From: Gemmatimonas sp.
Lineage (GTDB): Bacteria > Gemmatimonadota > Gemmatimonadetes > Gemmatimonadales > Gemmatimonadaceae
Reading direction: 5' to 3'
Assembly: GCA_965279375.1 (NCBI GenBank)
Contig: OZ257156.1
Location: 4,832,001 to 4,896,000 of the forward strand
Length of the DNA stretch: 64,000 nt
Shown here: in pieces, positions 29,556 through 37,856 of the stretch
Numbering within the stretch: position 1 is the first letter of the stretch
Layout of the letters: each line of letters begins with the position of its first letter
Notes under the pieces: generated by a model
Told to the model about the DNA's origin: nothing
The model's input: the letters and a program-made list of their open reading frames with translations, nothing else
Database searches by the model: none
Position numbers and translations under genes: made by a program

Positions 29556-31042
29556 ACGGACACGTGGTCATCAAGCGCCTGCCCACCGGAGTGCCGGGAC
29601 TCGACGACGTCCTCGGCGGCGGTCTTCCCGAACTGTCGTTCAACATCATCGCCGGTGCGCCGGGGTGCGGTAAGACCACACTCGCCCACCAAATGATGTT
29701 CGCGATGGCATCGCCGGAAAACCGCGCGCTCTACATCACCGTGCTCGGCGAGCCGCCCCTCAAAATGATGCGCTATCAGCAGCAGTTCGGGTTCTTTGCT
29801 GAAGACGCGCTGCCGAACGCCGTGCGATTCGTGAACGTTGCGGACACTGTGGCCACCGGCGATCTGGACGCATTGCTGCAGCAGATCGCGCGCGAGGTCG
29901 ACGCCTACTCGCCACGATTCGTCTTCGTCGATTCGTTTCGTTCAGTCATGCTGGCCGGAAGCGAAGGCGCGCCCTCGCGCGGTACGCTGCAGCAGTTCGT
30001 GCAGCAACTTGGCATGCTGATGACCAGCTGGCATGCCACGACATTTCTCATCGGCGAATACGCCGACGACGTCGATGCAAACCCCGTCTTCACCGTCGCC
30101 GACGGCGTGCTGTGGCTACGCCAGAGCCTCCAGCGCAATTCGATGGTGCGAAAGATCGAGGTGGTGAAGATGCGCGGACAGGAAACGCTCCCGGGGCTGC
30201 ACGCATTTCGGATTCGCCCCTCGGGCATCGAGGTATTCGCTAACGCGCCGTTGCCACTGATTCCCAACAAGCCCTTCGCGCCGATCTCCGCACGCCTGCT
30301 CATGGGAATTCCCGGCTGCGACGAGATGCTCGGAGGTGGACTGCCGCAGGGGTATTCGCTCCTCATCGCCGGACCGTCCGGCTCGGGGAAGAGCGTCATG
30401 GCAGCCGCTTTTCTCGCCGAGGGTGCGCGCTGTGGCGAGACAGGAGTGCTGGCCGCGTTCGAGCAGCATCCGTCACGATCACGCAATCGTGTGCTGGCGG
30501 ACTTGATTGCCAACGGCAGCGTGGCGCTGGTGGATACGCGCGCCCCCGATCTGTCGATCGAGGAAGTGCTCCTGCTCATCCTGCGGTCGGCGCACGCGCT
30601 CAAGGCCACGCGCGTGGTGATCGATTCGCTCTCCGGTTTTGAACTCGCCCTCGCGCCGACGTTTCGCGAGGACTTCCGCGAATCGCTGTCCCGCTTGGTC
30701 ACGACGCTGGCCAATGCCGGGCTCACCGTACTGATGACATCGGAGCTGGAGGATCGGTACACAGACCTTCGCTTCAGTCCATACGGCACGGCGTTTCTCA
30801 CCGATGCCATCATCGTGCATCGATACATCGAGCTCGACAGCCGACTTCGTCGCGTGCTCGCGGTAGTGAAGGTGCGAGCGAGTGCCCACTCAAACGAATT
30901 GCGGGAATACACCATCACCGAGCGTGGTTTGCAGATCGGCAGCATGCTGCTCGAGCATGACGGGCTGCTCGGCGGACATCCGACGCACTCGCACGCTGCC
31001 CAACCGGCCGACCACCACGAGGCTCCGCCGCTCGATGGCTGA
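29552..31042 (+). CDS. KaiC/RAD55-family double-domain ATPase
   Basis: PTGVPGLDDVLGGG, two Walker A motifs (GAPGCGKT, GPSGSGKS), Walker B VDS and IDS, KMRG and KVRA arginine fingers. Confidence 0.9.
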   Translation: MNGHVVIKRLPTGVPGLDDVLGGGLPELSFNIIAGAPGCGKTTLAHQMMFAMASPENRALYITVLGEPPLKMMRYQQQFGFFAEDALPNAVRFVNVADTVATGDLDALLQQIAREVDAYSPRFVFVDSFRSVMLAGSEGAPSRGTLQQFVQQLGMLMTSWHATTFLIGEYADDVDANPVFTVADGVLWLRQSLQRNSMVRKIEVVKMRGQETLPGLHAFRIRPSGIEVFANAPLPLIPNKPFAPISARLLMGIPGCDEMLGGGLPQGYSLLIAGPSGSGKSVMAAAFLAEGARCGETGVLAAFEQHPSRSRNRVLADLIANGSVALVDTRAPDLSIEEVLLLILRSAHALKATRVVIDSLSGFELALAPTFREDFRESLSRLVTTLANAGLTVLMTSELEDRYTDLRFSPYGTAFLTDAIIVHRYIELDSRLRRVLAVVKVRASAHSNELREYTITERGLQIGSMLLEHDGLLGGHPTHSHAAQPADHHEAPPLDG

Positions 31043-31841
31043 GCGGCCGCGTGAGCGAAAGCCGACGGCGCGCACCGCGGCGCATGTTCGCGAAGCCAAC
31101 GAACAGCTGGTCTTCGCCATGCTGCGCGCGCAGGCCGACGGCGAAGCGGCGGCGTGGGCGCTGCAGGAAGCGTTTCGCGCCGCGGAGCTGGATCTGCTCA
31201 CCGGACTGCCCAAGCGGGCGCTCATGCTCGATCGCTTGACGAACGCCATGGCCAACGCCCGGCGGCACACCACTCGTCTCGCGCTGCTGTTCGTCGACCT
31301 CAATGGATTCAAGGCGATCAATGACACATTTGGGCATGCCATCGGTGATCAGGTGCTGCAGCGAGTCGCGCACTGTCTCGTCGCCACCGTCCGCAACACG
31401 GACACCGTCAGTCGCCACGGTGGCGACGAATTTCTGATACTGCTCTCCGAAGTCTCGCATCCCGCCGATGCGCGTCAGATCGCGGCAAAGTTCAGTGAAC
31501 TGCTCGCCGAGCAGCGTTTTATCGGCCACGAGGAGATTCATCTGACCGCGAGCATCGGTGTCAGCATCTTCCCGGACGACGGCGTCGATGCCGCGACGCT
31601 TATTGAACGCGCCGATGAGGCAATGTACCGGGAGAAGCGGCACGAGCCCGACCCTTACCGACAGTCGGCGCGGCTGGAGCCGTTCGATGTGCAGCGCCGT
31701 CACGAACGGCTCAGCGCGGTGAACGAGCAACTCGTGCTGGCCTCGCTCCGCGCCGACCAACTGCATCGCTCCGCCGAGCGAACCATCCACGAGCTGCGCG
31801 CGGAGATCCAGCGGCTCAAGCGACAGCCGCGGAGTTCCTAA
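31035..31841 (+). CDS. Diguanylate cyclase (GGDEF domain)
   Basis: DLLTGLP, FVDLNGFKAINDTFGHAIGD, intact RHGGDEF, ASIG, RADEAMYREK. Confidence 0.9.
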   Translation: MAERPRERKPTARTAAHVREANEQLVFAMLRAQADGEAAAWALQEAFRAAELDLLTGLPKRALMLDRLTNAMANARRHTTRLALLFVDLNGFKAINDTFGHAIGDQVLQRVAHCLVATVRNTDTVSRHGGDEFLILLSEVSHPADARQIAAKFSELLAEQRFIGHEEIHLTASIGVSIFPDDGVDAATLIERADEAMYREKRHEPDPYRQSARLEPFDVQRRHERLSAVNEQLVLASLRADQLHRSAERTIHELRAEIQRLKRQPRSS

Positions 31842-31893
31842 CCGGCTGTTTCGTCCATCGCCGGCGTCGCGACAGGGGACGGCGCGCCCGAGG

Positions 31894-33918
31894 CTACGAC
31901 GGCAGCTCGCGCTCGAGGCGACGACGTTCCTGACGAATGACCGCCGTGGGCGACTTGCTGAACGTCGGATGCAGTGACGTCTCCCACGCCGCTTGCTGTC
32001 GCGCACAGCGCGCCCGCACGACGGCGGGCTCGGTCACACCGTCGGCGATGCTCTCCTCGCGCCACGTCAGCGTCAGCGCGAGCAGTTCGTCCGCCAACAT
32101 CAACTCGCGCTCGCCGGGGTCCGCGGCGGGCTCGTCGTCCTCTTCTACCAAGAGCGGATCGGCGAGCATCACGCGCGCATAGAGATCGTGATCCAGCTGA
32201 TAGTGCCACCAGAGCGCGCTCTTCCCCGGATCGTCCTCGGTCGGTGCCGACGCGATGCGGGCATCCAACGCAGCGCGCTCGTCGAGAATCCCCGCGGCCC
32301 ACGCGCAGACGATCCCCTCGCTCTCGAGCCACGAGAAGAACAGGCGCAGCGTTGCGACCAGTGCACCGACCTCGGCGCGCGCCTTGGGCGCGTGCGACGG
32401 ATACCACGAGTACAGGAACACCCGCAGGTGCGCCTCGTGCAGCGCCGCCACGGTCACGCCGTGCCCAAACGCGAGATGCTCGATGAACAGCTGCGCGTTG
32501 GACGCATGTGTGCGCAGCGTCTGATCGGCGCGTGCCCGTACGCGCTCTCCGCCACGTGCATCGAGCCACGCCAGAAATCGATCGACCCGCTCCAACTCGG
32601 TGGCCAGTCGTGCGTCGAGCGCCTCCTCCGACTCGAGATCGCGCGGGAAGAGCGCCGCAGCACTTGCCGCAGGGCCCGTCGCACAGCCGGCGGAGAGTTG
32701 CTCGGGTACGGACCAGAGTCGTACGCGGTCAGGGGCGCGCGTACCGCGATAGGACACGTGCAATCCGGCCGCCGCGTCATCACGATGCCACTCAACGTCG
32801 AGCGGTTCGTTGGTGGGCGGCAGTCCGCTGTCGGTCGCGACCAGGTTGGCCAACGCATCCAGCGTGCGCGTCAACATCGCCGTCTGCACCCGCGTGACTC
32901 CACCGGCCGGCGTATTGGCGACGCTGAGAATCGGGTGCGCCGCGTTATCCGCGACGGTCCACTTGTGGCGACGAAACTCCTGCTGCATCGGTCGCGGCAG
33001 GGCGCTTCGTGGATCGAAGTAGAGCGAAATCACCGCGCCCTGAAGCCCGCGCATCAAGTCGTCGGGATCGTCCGTCTCGAAGATGCGCAGGAAATCGGTC
33101 TCGTCCTCGTAGAGCACGACGCCAAACTGTTCGCCGGATGCGCCGAGTACGCACGCGTGCCAGGAGTTTGTCGGCCGATCGGTCGCCGTGAAAGAGACTA
33201 GTTCCGTGTCATCGAGTCGTGTCCACGGACTCGCCCGCCAGAAACGCGCGGCCGCATCGAAGAGTGCTGTGCGTGCGTCGTCCGCCATGCCCCACGCCGA
33301 CCACTCGAGTGGCATGGAGAGCAGTATGATGCCTTCGCGGGAGTCTGATTCGCCCTCGACAGCGTCCTCGTTGCCGAGCTGCTTCCGCAAACCGTTCGCA
33401 GCGCGGTCGAGCTCCGGCAGCAGCGCTGACGCGACGACGCGTGTTGGACCGTCGATCAGCCGCTGCATCGCCTGCGCGACGCTTGGGTGTCGAACACGCA
33501 GCGTGTCGGGCGCCTGTAACGTCACGCCATGCCGAGCATGGATGCCGTCCACCGTTTCGCGCATCCACGCCAGCAGCATTTCGGCGACGTCCTCCGGCTC
33601 CGACGGGGGTGCCGCGTCCGGTTGGATTCCGATCACGTAGTCGCCGATGACCAGCAGTCGCACGCAGAAGCGTCCGACCCGCTCATCATCGAGTGCGACG
33701 GGGACCGGCACCGCATCGAGCTCCCAGATGTCATCCCGATCGAACGCCTGCAGGACTTCCGGCGATACCCCGAGCTCGGGTGCGCTCGCGCCGACGCCGG
33801 GCTCGGCGCCCTGCACCAAGCGCAGCGAGCGGGCGCGCTCCGTGTCCGCGTCGAGGCAGCATTGCTTGTACTTCTTGCCCGATCCGCACGGACATGGCGC
33901 GTTGCGACTGATCGACAT
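31894..33918 (-). CDS. SEC-C motif multidomain protein
   Basis: N-terminal RNAPCPCGSGKKYKQCC. Long ORF with GC-rich coding pattern. Confidence 0.85.
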   Translation of the reverse strand: MSISRNAPCPCGSGKKYKQCCLDADTERARSLRLVQGAEPGVGASAPELGVSPEVLQAFDRDDIWELDAVPVPVALDDERVGRFCVRLLVIGDYVIGIQPDAAPPSEPEDVAEMLLAWMRETVDGIHARHGVTLQAPDTLRVRHPSVAQAMQRLIDGPTRVVASALLPELDRAANGLRKQLGNEDAVEGESDSREGIILLSMPLEWSAWGMADDARTALFDAAARFWRASPWTRLDDTELVSFTATDRPTNSWHACVLGASGEQFGVVLYEDETDFLRIFETDDPDDLMRGLQGAVISLYFDPRSALPRPMQQEFRRHKWTVADNAAHPILSVANTPAGGVTRVQTAMLTRTLDALANLVATDSGLPPTNEPLDVEWHRDDAAAGLHVSYRGTRAPDRVRLWSVPEQLSAGCATGPAASAAALFPRDLESEEALDARLATELERVDRFLAWLDARGGERVRARADQTLRTHASNAQLFIEHLAFGHGVTVAALHEAHLRVFLYSWYPSHAPKARAEVGALVATLRLFFSWLESEGIVCAWAAGILDERAALDARIASAPTEDDPGKSALWWHYQLDHDLYARVMLADPLLVEEDDEPAADPGERELMLADELLALTLTWREESIADGVTEPAVVRARCARQQAAWETSLHPTFSKSPTAVIRQERRRLERELPS

Positions 33919-33939
33919 CTCGGGCTCGGTGCGGCGCGA

Positions 33940-34800
33940 CTACTTGCTGGTCGCGAGCTTGGTGGCCTGCTCGATGTCGGTGGCGTGCGCCTGATACTCT
34001 GGCAGGTTCTTCTTGAGCTCCGCGTCCTTCACGGCGAGGAACTGCTTCCAGGCCGTTTCCGCGGCAGCGGCATCGCCCTTGAGGCGATAGGTGCGTCCCC
34101 GCAGCGATAGCGCGAGCAGATGGTCGGGCGAGGCCTTGAGAATCGTGTCGGCCTGCGCGAATGCCACGTCGTAGCTGCCCGTCTCGGACGCGACGCGACC
34201 GTAATCGTAGCGGGCATCGGTGTCGAGCTCGGGCCCCAGCACGTCGAAGCTGGCCATCGCCATCGGCGCGAAGAACGAGGCGCTGTCCCTCTTCCCTTCC
34301 TCGACGTAGCGCATGATGCGGTCGTAGAGGCGGCCGGCACGTTCGCGCGGGCTCATCGCGGAGATATCCGGCGGCGCGCCGCCGCCGCCACCGCCGTTGG
34401 CGAACGGAGCCACACCGGGCGGCGTTCCGGCGGCCCCCTCGGCGGCAGGCGCGGTGGCGGTGCCCTGACCCGAGAAGTAGGCCACCACCGCGATCAGCAG
34501 CAGCGCGGCGAGCCCCCACGGAGCGTAGGTCGCCACCGACGAACCGCCCGCAGCGGCCGGTGAAGCTGCGGCGGCAGCCGACGCGGCGGCGGAGCCAGCG
34601 CCGAGCGGGCGCGTGGGCGTGTCGGCGGTCGGGATGGTGGAGGTGCCGCACTCGCGGCAGAACCGTGCCCCCGGCTTGAGCGGGGCGTTGCAGTTTCGGC
34701 AGCTCGGAGCACCCAACGCGGTGCCGCAGGTCTCACAGAACTTGCCCGAGGCTTGGCTGCCACAGGCCGCACAGATCGTCGTCGCGTCTCGTTCGCTCAT
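33940..34800 (-). CDS. Double zinc ribbon-TM-TPR-like protein
   Basis: CAAC..FCETCG..CRNC..FCRECG, Ala-rich linker, one TM helix, TPR-like C-terminus. Confidence 0.82.
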   Translation of the reverse strand: MSERDATTICAACGSQASGKFCETCGTALGAPSCRNCNAPLKPGARFCRECGTSTIPTADTPTRPLGAGSAAASAAAAASPAAAGGSSVATYAPWGLAALLLIAVVAYFSGQGTATAPAAEGAAGTPPGVAPFANGGGGGGAPPDISAMSPRERAGRLYDRIMRYVEEGKRDSASFFAPMAMASFDVLGPELDTDARYDYGRVASETGSYDVAFAQADTILKASPDHLLALSLRGRTYRLKGDAAAAETAWKQFLAVKDAELKKNLPEYQAHATDIEQATKLATSK

Positions 34801-34997
34801 GGGACCAAGTTGGGCGAGGCCTCTGGCGTTGTGTACCCCCCTGCCTGGCGCGGAACGAACCGGGACGGAATTCACACAATTCCACCAGTGATACCGACGC
34901 GATTCGCGGTTGCGCTCGTTAGGTTACGTGAGCTTACGAGCGCGTGGCGTGTCGTCGCAGATGCGGCGTCGCGCCCAGTCCGTCCCCTGCTCTTCAG

Positions 34998-35735
34998 ATG
35001 CTCCCTGCCGCGGTCGATCGCCCCGCGATCATTCTGGACAACATCGCGCACCGATTTGGACGTCGGTGGGCCGTTCGCGGCGTGTCGGTGTCCGTGGCGC
35101 GCGGTGAGGTGCTGGCCATCATGGGGCACAACGGCAGCGGCAAGAGCACACTGCTGCGCGTGGCAGCGACCGCGATCCGCCCGACGCGCGGCGTCGGCTC
35201 GGTCAACGGCGTCGACCTCGTGAAGGATCCGCAGCGCGTGCGCGCGATGCTGGCGCTGCTCTCCACTGAGCCGGGCGTCTACGGCGACCTGACGGCGCTC
35301 GAGAATTTGCGATTCGCCGCCAAAATGCTCGGCGTGTCGGCCGACGGGCTGGCGCTGCAGCGTGCCCTCGATCGGGTGGGGCTTGGGCGCGAGGGGGACG
35401 AACGCGCCCGCAACATGTCGTCCGGCATGCAGCGCCGCCTGTCCATCGCACGGCTGCTGCTGCGTGAACCACAGGTCCTGCTGCTGGATGAGCCGTACAA
35501 CTCGCTCGATCCGGCCGGCGCCCATCTGGTCAACGAACTCATTCGCGAGACGCGCGACCGCGGCGGCAGCGTGCTGCTGGTCGCGCACGATCTGGGGCGG
35601 AGCGAGGGTTTGGCGCACCGCACCGTCGAGATGCGAGACGGGTTGCTGGAAGAGGAGCCGGATACTTCGGACGTCGTTCCGCTGGATACCAAGTCGGCGC
35701 GCGTCATGCGCGTGGAACGCGGAGGCAGCCGGTGA
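34998..35735 (+). CDS. ccmA: Heme exporter ATP-binding protein CcmA
   Basis: GHNGSGKST, MSSGMQRR, LLDEP. First gene of the ccm operon. Confidence 0.9.
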   Translation: MLPAAVDRPAIILDNIAHRFGRRWAVRGVSVSVARGEVLAIMGHNGSGKSTLLRVAATAIRPTRGVGSVNGVDLVKDPQRVRAMLALLSTEPGVYGDLTALENLRFAAKMLGVSADGLALQRALDRVGLGREGDERARNMSSGMQRRLSIARLLLREPQVLLLDEPYNSLDPAGAHLVNELIRETRDRGGSVLLVAHDLGRSEGLAHRTVEMRDGLLEEEPDTSDVVPLDTKSARVMRVERGGSR

Positions 35736-36442
35736 GTACCGACAGCGCAGCGCTGACGTCGCTGCAGGCCGATTGGGGTCGGGTCAAGGCGGTGGCGTGG
35801 AAGGACCTCACAGCAGAGCGGCGAACCAAGTCCAACTTCAACGCCGTCGTCGCGATGGCGGGGCTGATTCTCCTGTTCTTCGGCTTTGCCCTCGGTCCGG
35901 ACGCCGAAGGGCTCCGCAACGCAGCGGCCGGGGTGCTCTGGCTGACCATCCTCTTCAGCGGCGTGCTGGCGTTCAACCGTTCGTACCAGCTGGAGCTCGA
36001 GGCGGGCGCGCTGGAACAGCTGCTGATGTATCCCGGCGAGCGCTGGGCGATTTATCTGGGCAAGTTTCTGGCGAATCTCGCGTTCGTTTTTTTGGTCGAG
36101 GCGGTCACACTGCCGCTGACCGGGGTGCTGTATCATGTCGCCTTCCCGGAGCGATGGGCGACGGTGCTGCTGGTACTGTTCCTCGGCACCACGGGCTTCG
36201 TGTCGCTGGGAACGCTCTACGCGGCGATGGCCAGCCGCAGTCGGTCCCGAGAGGTATTGCTGCCGCTGCTGCTCTTTCCGATGCTCGTGCCGGTGCTGAT
36301 TGCAGCGAGCGGGGCGACGGCGTCGTTGTTGGTAGGCGATGTGATGGGTGACAGCCGGGCGTGGATCCGCCTGCTGGGCTCCTTCGATGTCATTTTTGTC
36401 GTAGCGTCCACCTGGGCGTTTCAATTCGTGATCGAGGGGTGA
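35732..36442 (+). CDS. ccmB: Heme exporter protein CcmB
   Basis: WKDLTAERR, FGFALGP, GVLW, LLPLLLFPMLVPVLI. Confidence 0.92.
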   Translation: MSTDSAALTSLQADWGRVKAVAWKDLTAERRTKSNFNAVVAMAGLILLFFGFALGPDAEGLRNAAAGVLWLTILFSGVLAFNRSYQLELEAGALEQLLMYPGERWAIYLGKFLANLAFVFLVEAVTLPLTGVLYHVAFPERWATVLLVLFLGTTGFVSLGTLYAAMASRSRSREVLLPLLLFPMLVPVLIAASGATASLLVGDVMGDSRAWIRLLGSFDVIFVVASTWAFQFVIEG

Positions 36443-36453
36443 GGAGATAATCC

Positions 36454-37209
36454 GTGGCTGAAAGCACGCTGAGAACCGCCGCGCCCAAAGCGCCGCCCAC
36501 CGCGCTGCCGATCGAGCTCGAGGCCATGCCGGGCTGGCTCACCGCGTTGACGTGGCTGACCCCTGTCGCCGTCGTCGCGGCCGAGGCTTGGTTCGTCTAC
36601 GCCTCCGCGCCGGATCGCGACATGGGGCATTTGCAGAAGATCATGTACGTGCACGTGCCGGCCGCGTGGAACGCCTTTCTGGCTTTCCTGCTCGTTTTCG
36701 TGCAGAGCGTGCGGTACTTGTGGACGCGCAACGAGCGCGCCGACCTGCTGGCTGCCGCGGGCGCCGAAGTCGGCGCGGTCCTGACCGGACTGACGCTGGC
36801 GCTCGGGTCGATCTGGGGGCGTCCTACCTGGGGCGTCTGGTGGACGTGGGATGCGCGCCTGACCTCCACGGCCGTGCTCTTTCTCGTCTACGTGGGCTAC
36901 CTGGCGCTGCGCGGCCTGACGGACGACCCGGAGCGTCGGGCGCGGTGGAGTGCCGCGGTTGGCATTCTGGGCGCGCTCAACGTGCCGATCGTGTACATGT
37001 CGGTGAAGTGGTGGCGCACACTGCACCAGATGCAGTCGGCTCCCAGCACCGTCGATCCCACGTACGCGTGGGGACTTCGTGCGAACTCAATTGCCTTCCT
37101 GCTCGTTTTGATTGTGTTCATCTCACATCGCTATCGTGGATTGGTGGCGGAGTACGTATTGGAACGTCGCGCCGATGAAGCGGCGCTGACACGGAGGGCT
37201 GGCGCATGA
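36454..37209 (+). CDS. ccmC: Heme exporter protein CcmC
   Basis: YVHVPAAW, WWD motif GSIWGRPTWGVWWTWDARLTS, SVKWWRTLHQ. Confidence 0.95.
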   Translation: MAESTLRTAAPKAPPTALPIELEAMPGWLTALTWLTPVAVVAAEAWFVYASAPDRDMGHLQKIMYVHVPAAWNAFLAFLLVFVQSVRYLWTRNERADLLAAAGAEVGAVLTGLTLALGSIWGRPTWGVWWTWDARLTSTAVLFLVYVGYLALRGLTDDPERRARWSAAVGILGALNVPIVYMSVKWWRTLHQMQSAPSTVDPTYAWGLRANSIAFLLVLIVFISHRYRGLVAEYVLERRADEAALTRRAGA

Positions 37210-37358
37210 ACGGCATGGTCATCGATTCCTGGCCGTACGTGATCGCGTCGTTCGTCCTCACGTGGGTAGTACTAGTGGGCTACAGCGTTCGTCTTTTTCG
37301 CATGATGCGCCGCAATGGCGCAGCGGCGACTTCCCCTGCTTCGGCAACACGCTCATGA
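37206..37358 (+). CDS. ccmD: Heme exporter protein CcmD (50 aa)
   Basis: Below the ORF-track cutoff. MNGMVIDSWPYVIASFVLTWVVLVGYSVRLFRMMRR..., single TM with YV..F then basic residues. ATGA overlaps with both ccmC and ccmE. Confidence 0.85.
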   Translation: MNGMVIDSWPYVIASFVLTWVVLVGYSVRLFRMMRRNGAAATSPASATRS

Positions 37359-37852
37359 CCAGCTCTCCCGCTCCCGATTCGGCGTCGCCCGTTTCCGCCG
37401 GCCCGCGCAACCCGTCGCGCAAGCCGATGGCCATCACGGCGCTCGTCCTCCTCGTCGGCGCTTTCGGCTACCTGATGTACGGCGGTGTCGAAGAGAATCT
37501 CGTGTACTTCCTGACCCCCAACGAACTGGTGGCCAAGGGCGAGAAGGCAGTGGATCGCCCGGTGCGACTCGGCGGACAGGTGGTGCCCGGCTCCGTGGTC
37601 TGGAACGCCGAAGCGCTCGACCTGCGCTTCCGCGTGACGGATGGCTCCAAGGAGGTGCTCGTGCACTCCTCCGGTGCGCCGCCACAGATGTTCCGCGCCG
37701 GCATCGGCGTCGTGGTGGAAGGCAAGTACGGCCGCAGCGGCGTCTTCGAGTCGCACAGCCTGATGGTCAAGCACTCGAACGAGTACCGCGCACCCAAGGC
37801 GGGTGAAGAAGGTCATCCGGCGCGCCTCGACAAGACGCTGATCCGGAGCTGA
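37355..37852 (+). CDS. ccmE: Heme chaperone CcmE
   Basis: N-terminal TM, YFLTP, RLGGQV, PQMFR.G.GVVVEG, HxxxY motif KHSNEY. Confidence 0.93.
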   Translation: MTSSPAPDSASPVSAGPRNPSRKPMAITALVLLVGAFGYLMYGGVEENLVYFLTPNELVAKGEKAVDRPVRLGGQVVPGSVVWNAEALDLRFRVTDGSKEVLVHSSGAPPQMFRAGIGVVVEGKYGRSGVFESHSLMVKHSNEYRAPKAGEEGHPARLDKTLIRS

Positions 37853-37856
37853 TCAA

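Noticed and set aside
29552..31042. True circadian clock kaiC
   Set aside because: The phosphosite positions are A/F and no kaiA or kaiB is nearby.
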